Assembly (NCBI GenBank): GCA_044236265.1
Contig: JBIIGV010000024.1
Coordinates: forward strand, 1 to 29,733
Length of the DNA: 29,733 bases
Reading direction: 5' to 3'
Source: Oligoflexales bacterium
GTDB lineage: Bacteria; Bdellovibrionota_B; Oligoflexia; Oligoflexales; RGVZ01
The notes under the pieces: model-generated
What the model saw: only the letters and a program-made list of their open reading frames with translations
Database searches by the model: none
Told to the model about the DNA's origin: nothing
Program-made: the position numbers and the translations under genes
In this document: one piece after another, positions 26,308-29,733 of the stretch
Layout: every line of letters begins with the position of its first letter
Position numbering within the stretch: position 1 is the stretch's first letter

Positions 26308-27891
26308 ATGACTAGAGGAGCGTCGCGTGTCGCACTTGTATCAGTAACCGACAAATCGGGTGTGATCGAGTTTGCACGAGGGCTCGCTCAGCTGTCATTT
26401 AAGATCCTCTCAACAGGTGGCACTGCAAAACTTCTTCGCGAAGCAGAAATCGACGTTACAGATGTCGCGGACGTTACCAAATCCCCAGAGATTTTGGGCG
26501 GACGCGTCAAAACCCTTCACCCAGTGATTCACGGCGGGATCCTCGCCGATCGCCATAACCCAGCTCACAATGGCGACTTGAGGCTTCTTGGGATTGACGG
26601 CATCGACGTGGTGGTCGTTAATCTTTACGACTTCGCCAAAGACGCTCGAGAAAAAAACTTACCACTGACTACAGCGATCGAACACATTGACATTGGTGGA
26701 CCTACGATGCTGCGAGCGGCCGCAAAGAACCACCGTCACTGCTTGCCGGTTATTGACCCTCAAGATTACGGTCATGTTTTAGATTTCTTCTCATCTGGAA
26801 AAGAAAATACTGCATTTCGCGAGCATATGGCCGCAAAAGTTTTTGCGCAAACGGCTGCCTACGACCATATGATTTCCGAATATTTCCAGCAACGCACTGC
26901 GAGCAATGCGGCAGCGAACCAAACCCGTCTTGAACCAAAAATGGAAATCGTTCAAACACTCCGCTACGGGGAAAACGCCCATCAATCGGCTGCGTTTTAT
27001 CGCCCTAGCAACGAGCGCGCGACAGGTCTTTCGGCTGCCCAGTTTCTTCAAGGCAAAGAACTCTCCTACAACAATTATGTGGACCTTGATGCGGCAGCTG
27101 CCATTGTGGCTGATTTAGCGCCATTGCCTTCCATGACCATCATCAAACACACAAACCCTTGCGGGACAGCGGCTAGTCCGAGTCTGACCGCCTCCCAGTT
27201 ATTTGAGCAAGCCCTTAGCTGCGATCCAAAGTGCGCCTTTGGCGGGATCGTAGCCTCCAATATTCCGATCGATGAATCTTCAGCCAAAGCGATGGCGGAT
27301 ATTTTCTTGGAATGCGTCATTGCACCTGATTATTCTCCAGGAGCTCTTCGCGTGTTTGCCACCAAAAAGAATCTACGAGTCCTCAAATCCGACGCTGTCT
27401 TGGAATCTGGACGAATGAAGTCTCCCAGCAAATCCTGGAAATCCATCAATGGAGGGCTTTTGGTACAAGACGTGGATACGTCCGTGCCAAGGCCTGAAAC
27501 ATGGACTTGTGCAACAAAAGCAAAACCCGATGCGAGCATATTGGCTGACATGGCCTTTGCGATGACGATCTGCAAGCACGTCAAATCCAACGCCATTGTC
27601 TTATCGTCAGGTCTAAGAACCATTGGCGTTGGTGCTGGTCAAATGAGCCGCATCGACAGCGCCCGGTTTGCCATAGAGAAAGCCAGGGAATTGGCCCATG
27701 AAGTGCCCGGATCTGTGTTCGCATCAGACGCGTTCTTTCCGTTTCGAGACACGGTAGACCTCGCTGCCAAAGCGGGAATCAGAGGCATAATCCAGCCGGG
27801 AGGAAGCCTCAGAGATCAGGAGTCCATTGATGCGGCCAATGAGCATGGTCTAGTGATGATGATCACTGGCACGCGTCACTTTAGGCACTGA
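26308..27891 (+). CDS. purH: Bifunctional AICAR transformylase/IMP cyclohydrolase
   Basis: ALVSVTDK, GGRVKTLHP, IDIGGPTMLRAAAKN, LRYGEN, GKELSYNN, KHVKSNAI, ASDAFFPF, RHFRH. Confidence 0.97.
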   Translation: MTRGASRVALVSVTDKSGVIEFARGLAQLSFKILSTGGTAKLLREAEIDVTDVADVTKSPEILGGRVKTLHPVIHGGILADRHNPAHNGDLRLLGIDGIDVVVVNLYDFAKDAREKNLPLTTAIEHIDIGGPTMLRAAAKNHRHCLPVIDPQDYGHVLDFFSSGKENTAFREHMAAKVFAQTAAYDHMISEYFQQRTASNAAANQTRLEPKMEIVQTLRYGENAHQSAAFYRPSNERATGLSAAQFLQGKELSYNNYVDLDAAAAIVADLAPLPSMTIIKHTNPCGTAASPSLTASQLFEQALSCDPKCAFGGIVASNIPIDESSAKAMADIFLECVIAPDYSPGALRVFATKKNLRVLKSDAVLESGRMKSPSKSWKSINGGLLVQDVDTSVPRPETWTCATKAKPDASILADMAFAMTICKHVKSNAIVLSSGLRTIGVGAGQMSRIDSARFAIEKARELAHEVPGSVFASDAFFPFRDTVDLAAKAGIRGIIQPGGSLRDQESIDAANEHGLVMMITGTRHFRH

Positions 27892-27919
27892 TTAGATAGT
27901 GCTGCAAACAGTTTGATAT

Positions 27920-29733
27920 TTACGGCGTGTCTGCCGACCGTGTGATGTTATGGTTGATGATGCTTATATTTTGCGGACCTATATCAATAACTGCCGCAGT
28001 AGCCGGCGCATCTGGCATAATCAGATAAAGCAACGTATTGCTATCTTTTTGCAGTGCCTTGCTTGGCGTAAAGTTTGACGTATAACGTGCAACATTCGAA
28101 ATAGCTAATGTGAAAACGTTTTCACGACTATAGTTATCACCAGCCGGATAGTAAGGTGGGCCAGCCCGGCCGATAATCGTCGCGTAACCTGCCATCGTTC
28201 CGCCTCTGTCTCCACTAGCAAAATCAATGCTGCCCGTGCTTAAACCCGATGCCTCGGCCACGCCGTTGATATAAAGTTTTACTGCACCACCCTGCCTGAC
28301 ATAGGCTACATGGGTCCAAGCATCGTTGTTTGCAGTAGAGGTCGCAGTAAGTGTTGATCCGTTAGCGATGTAACATTCCCAATTCATATTTGTCACCGAT
28401 CTGGCCATGCAACTTAGACCAGCACTTTCCAGGAAAACAGACCAATAGGTTTGCCAGGAATCATATTTGATCCACTTCTCATATGTGAAGTCGCCACCAA
28501 CTGTCAGGCCGGAATTTGCTGCAATCATCAAGTCTGAGGCATCAAACCTAAAGCTGCTAGATGAATATCCGATTGTTTGCAGCACAAACTCACCCAATCC
28601 CAGCCATGAACTTGGCGACGAAACCTGCCAATAGCGAGCATTAATGTTTGGGAAATAATCCTTATATTGCCCGTCAATCGTTCCAGAAATGGTCGTGTAT
28701 GTCGTCCAAGTCACGCCGTCGTTACTATATTGAATTGGACGTCCATCTGAATAAGAGGGCCCCCATCCGCAGCTTGCTGACTCTAATGGAGAAATCCTGA
28801 TTCTCGCAATCGTCTTGGCAGAACCGAGATCGGCTCGAATATATTGAACGCCTGCACTGGTGCCAGCGCCGTTGCCAAGATTACCATCATAAAGTGAGGC
28901 TGCGGTATTCGTGGAGCACGAATCACTATAGGTGCTAGACATCGTCAGTGTATATGGCTGGGTCGTATAGGGACTCGCCGCAGGCACGGCACTAACAGTT
29001 GATGACAAGCTGGTTTCACTGGAATTAACCACAGATGCTACCCGGTAATAGTAGGTTGTGCCATTTGCTAGAGCACCATGTTGATATGAGTTTGAAGACA
29101 CGCTTATCTTGGATGATGCCGTGGTTGGAGATCCCGTGGTATTCCAATAAATACTGTATCCAGTTACCCCGGCAACCGCATCCCAGGTTATCGTAACAGT
29201 TGAATCTGATCCGATCGCACTCACGTTTGATGGAGTCGTGATAATGGAGTAAGAACCCCAAGCCCCCGCTGAATCGCTCATGCCAGATTTTACCGCAATG
29301 GCTCGGATCGTTTGATTGGCTGTCACTGAAATTGGTCCCGAATAGGGAGTCGAGTAAATGGATGGCGCGCCTCCATTTGTTGTGTAGTAAATGCTTGCGC
29401 CTGAGGTGGAGGTCGAAAGCGTTACCGATTGCGCAGATGCATAAGATCCTGGCATTGGATTAAATGTAGGAGTTGCAACTTGAAGAAGTATTGAGTAAGT
29501 CGCCGACCCCACATTGGAGTCCACAAAATTTGTTTTAACAGCTATCGCTTTGATAGTTTGCGACGAGGACACCGTGATAGGACTAGAATAAAGGGGCGAA
29601 AAAATTGTCGGCGTCGAACCGTCCGTGGTGTAATAAATCGCGGATCCCGAAGTTGTCGTTGATATGGTGACCGACTGAGCTGAGCTATATGTACCAGATG
29701 CAATACTGAATGTCGGAGTGGCCACGGCTCCAT
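27920..29733 (-). CDS. Large extracellular multi-domain protein, C-terminal part: 2x Fn3-associated/chitobiase C-terminal-like repeats, FN3, discoidin (F5/8C)-like, LamG-like
   Basis: Frame is open to the window end (..GGA GCC GTG), so it is 5'-truncated. VATPTF..IYYTTDGSTP repeats; TITWDAV..YSIYW..TYYYRV (FN3); IRADLG..YSNDGVTW..ARYW (discoidin); DFTYEKW..WTHVAYVR..LYING (LamG). Confidence 0.85.
   Translation of the reverse strand, partial: GAVATPTFSIASGTYSSAQSVTISTTTSGSAIYYTTDGSTPTIFSPLYSSPITVSSSQTIKAIAVKTNFVDSNVGSATYSILLQVATPTFNPMPGSYASAQSVTLSTSTSGASIYYTTNGGAPSIYSTPYSGPISVTANQTIRAIAVKSGMSDSAGAWGSYSIITTPSNVSAIGSDSTVTITWDAVAGVTGYSIYWNTTGSPTTASSKISVSSNSYQHGALANGTTYYYRVASVVNSSETSLSSTVSAVPAASPYTTQPYTLTMSSTYSDSCSTNTAASLYDGNLGNGAGTSAGVQYIRADLGSAKTIARIRISPLESASCGWGPSYSDGRPIQYSNDGVTWTTYTTISGTIDGQYKDYFPNINARYWQVSSPSSWLGLGEFVLQTIGYSSSSFRFDASDLMIAANSGLTVGGDFTYEKWIKYDSWQTYWSVFLESAGLSCMARSVTNMNWECYIANGSTLTATSTANNDAWTHVAYVRQGGAVKLYINGVAEASGLSTGSIDFASGDRGGTMAGYATIIGRAGPPYYPAGDNYSRENVFTLAISNVARYTSNFTPSKALQKDSNTLLYLIMPDAPATAAVIDIGPQNISIINHNITRSADTP
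29243..29725 (-). repeat. Two tandem ~80-aa Fn3-associated domain repeats (246-bp period)
   Basis: VATPTF starts at 29725 and again at 29479; shared AQSVT, IYYTT and QTI(K/R)AIAVK. Confidence 0.85.

Noticed and set aside
1204..27623. Numerous short ORFs nested in or antisense to the called genes (e.g. 1631-2053, 7197-7619, 12949-13329, 23594-24094)
   Set aside because: They lie within well-supported genes and show no motifs or RBS; expected shadow ORFs.
29542..29733. ATG at 29733 or GTG at 29725 as a true gene start
   Set aside because: The 63-aa ORF is out of frame with the domain-bearing frame. That frame is open to the window edge and lacks a signal peptide here, so the real start is upstream.

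Overview
Bacterial chromosomal window, densely coding. I found no rRNA, tRNA, CRISPR array, integrase or transposase. The gene mix (many Cys-paired secreted hypotheticals, DUF3015/DUF4105 cassettes, a prepilin-like gene) suggests a Gram-negative Bdellovibrionota/Oligoflexia-like organism; this is inference only. Recognisable genes: BCCT transporter, alkaline-phosphatase-superfamily phosphodiesterase, glutathione peroxidase, MarC, a three-gene ABC-2 exporter, CCA-adding enzyme, a baeRF3-type release-factor homologue, arfB, rarA, purH and a truncated multi-domain surface protein. The most striking region is 15.1-22.7 kb. It holds two divergent copies of a three-gene cassette [DUF3015, DUF3015, DUF4105/Lnb_N-like His-Cys enzyme fused to a probable outer-membrane barrel], separated by an NAD(P)-binding oxidoreductase gene. 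The last 42 codons of that oxidoreductase gene recur 3554 bp downstream (106/126 nt identical, 52-bp perfect core, same stop position). The two copies bracket the second cassette exactly, like an insertion or recombination scar. All family assignments are from motif recognition by eye, not database searches.
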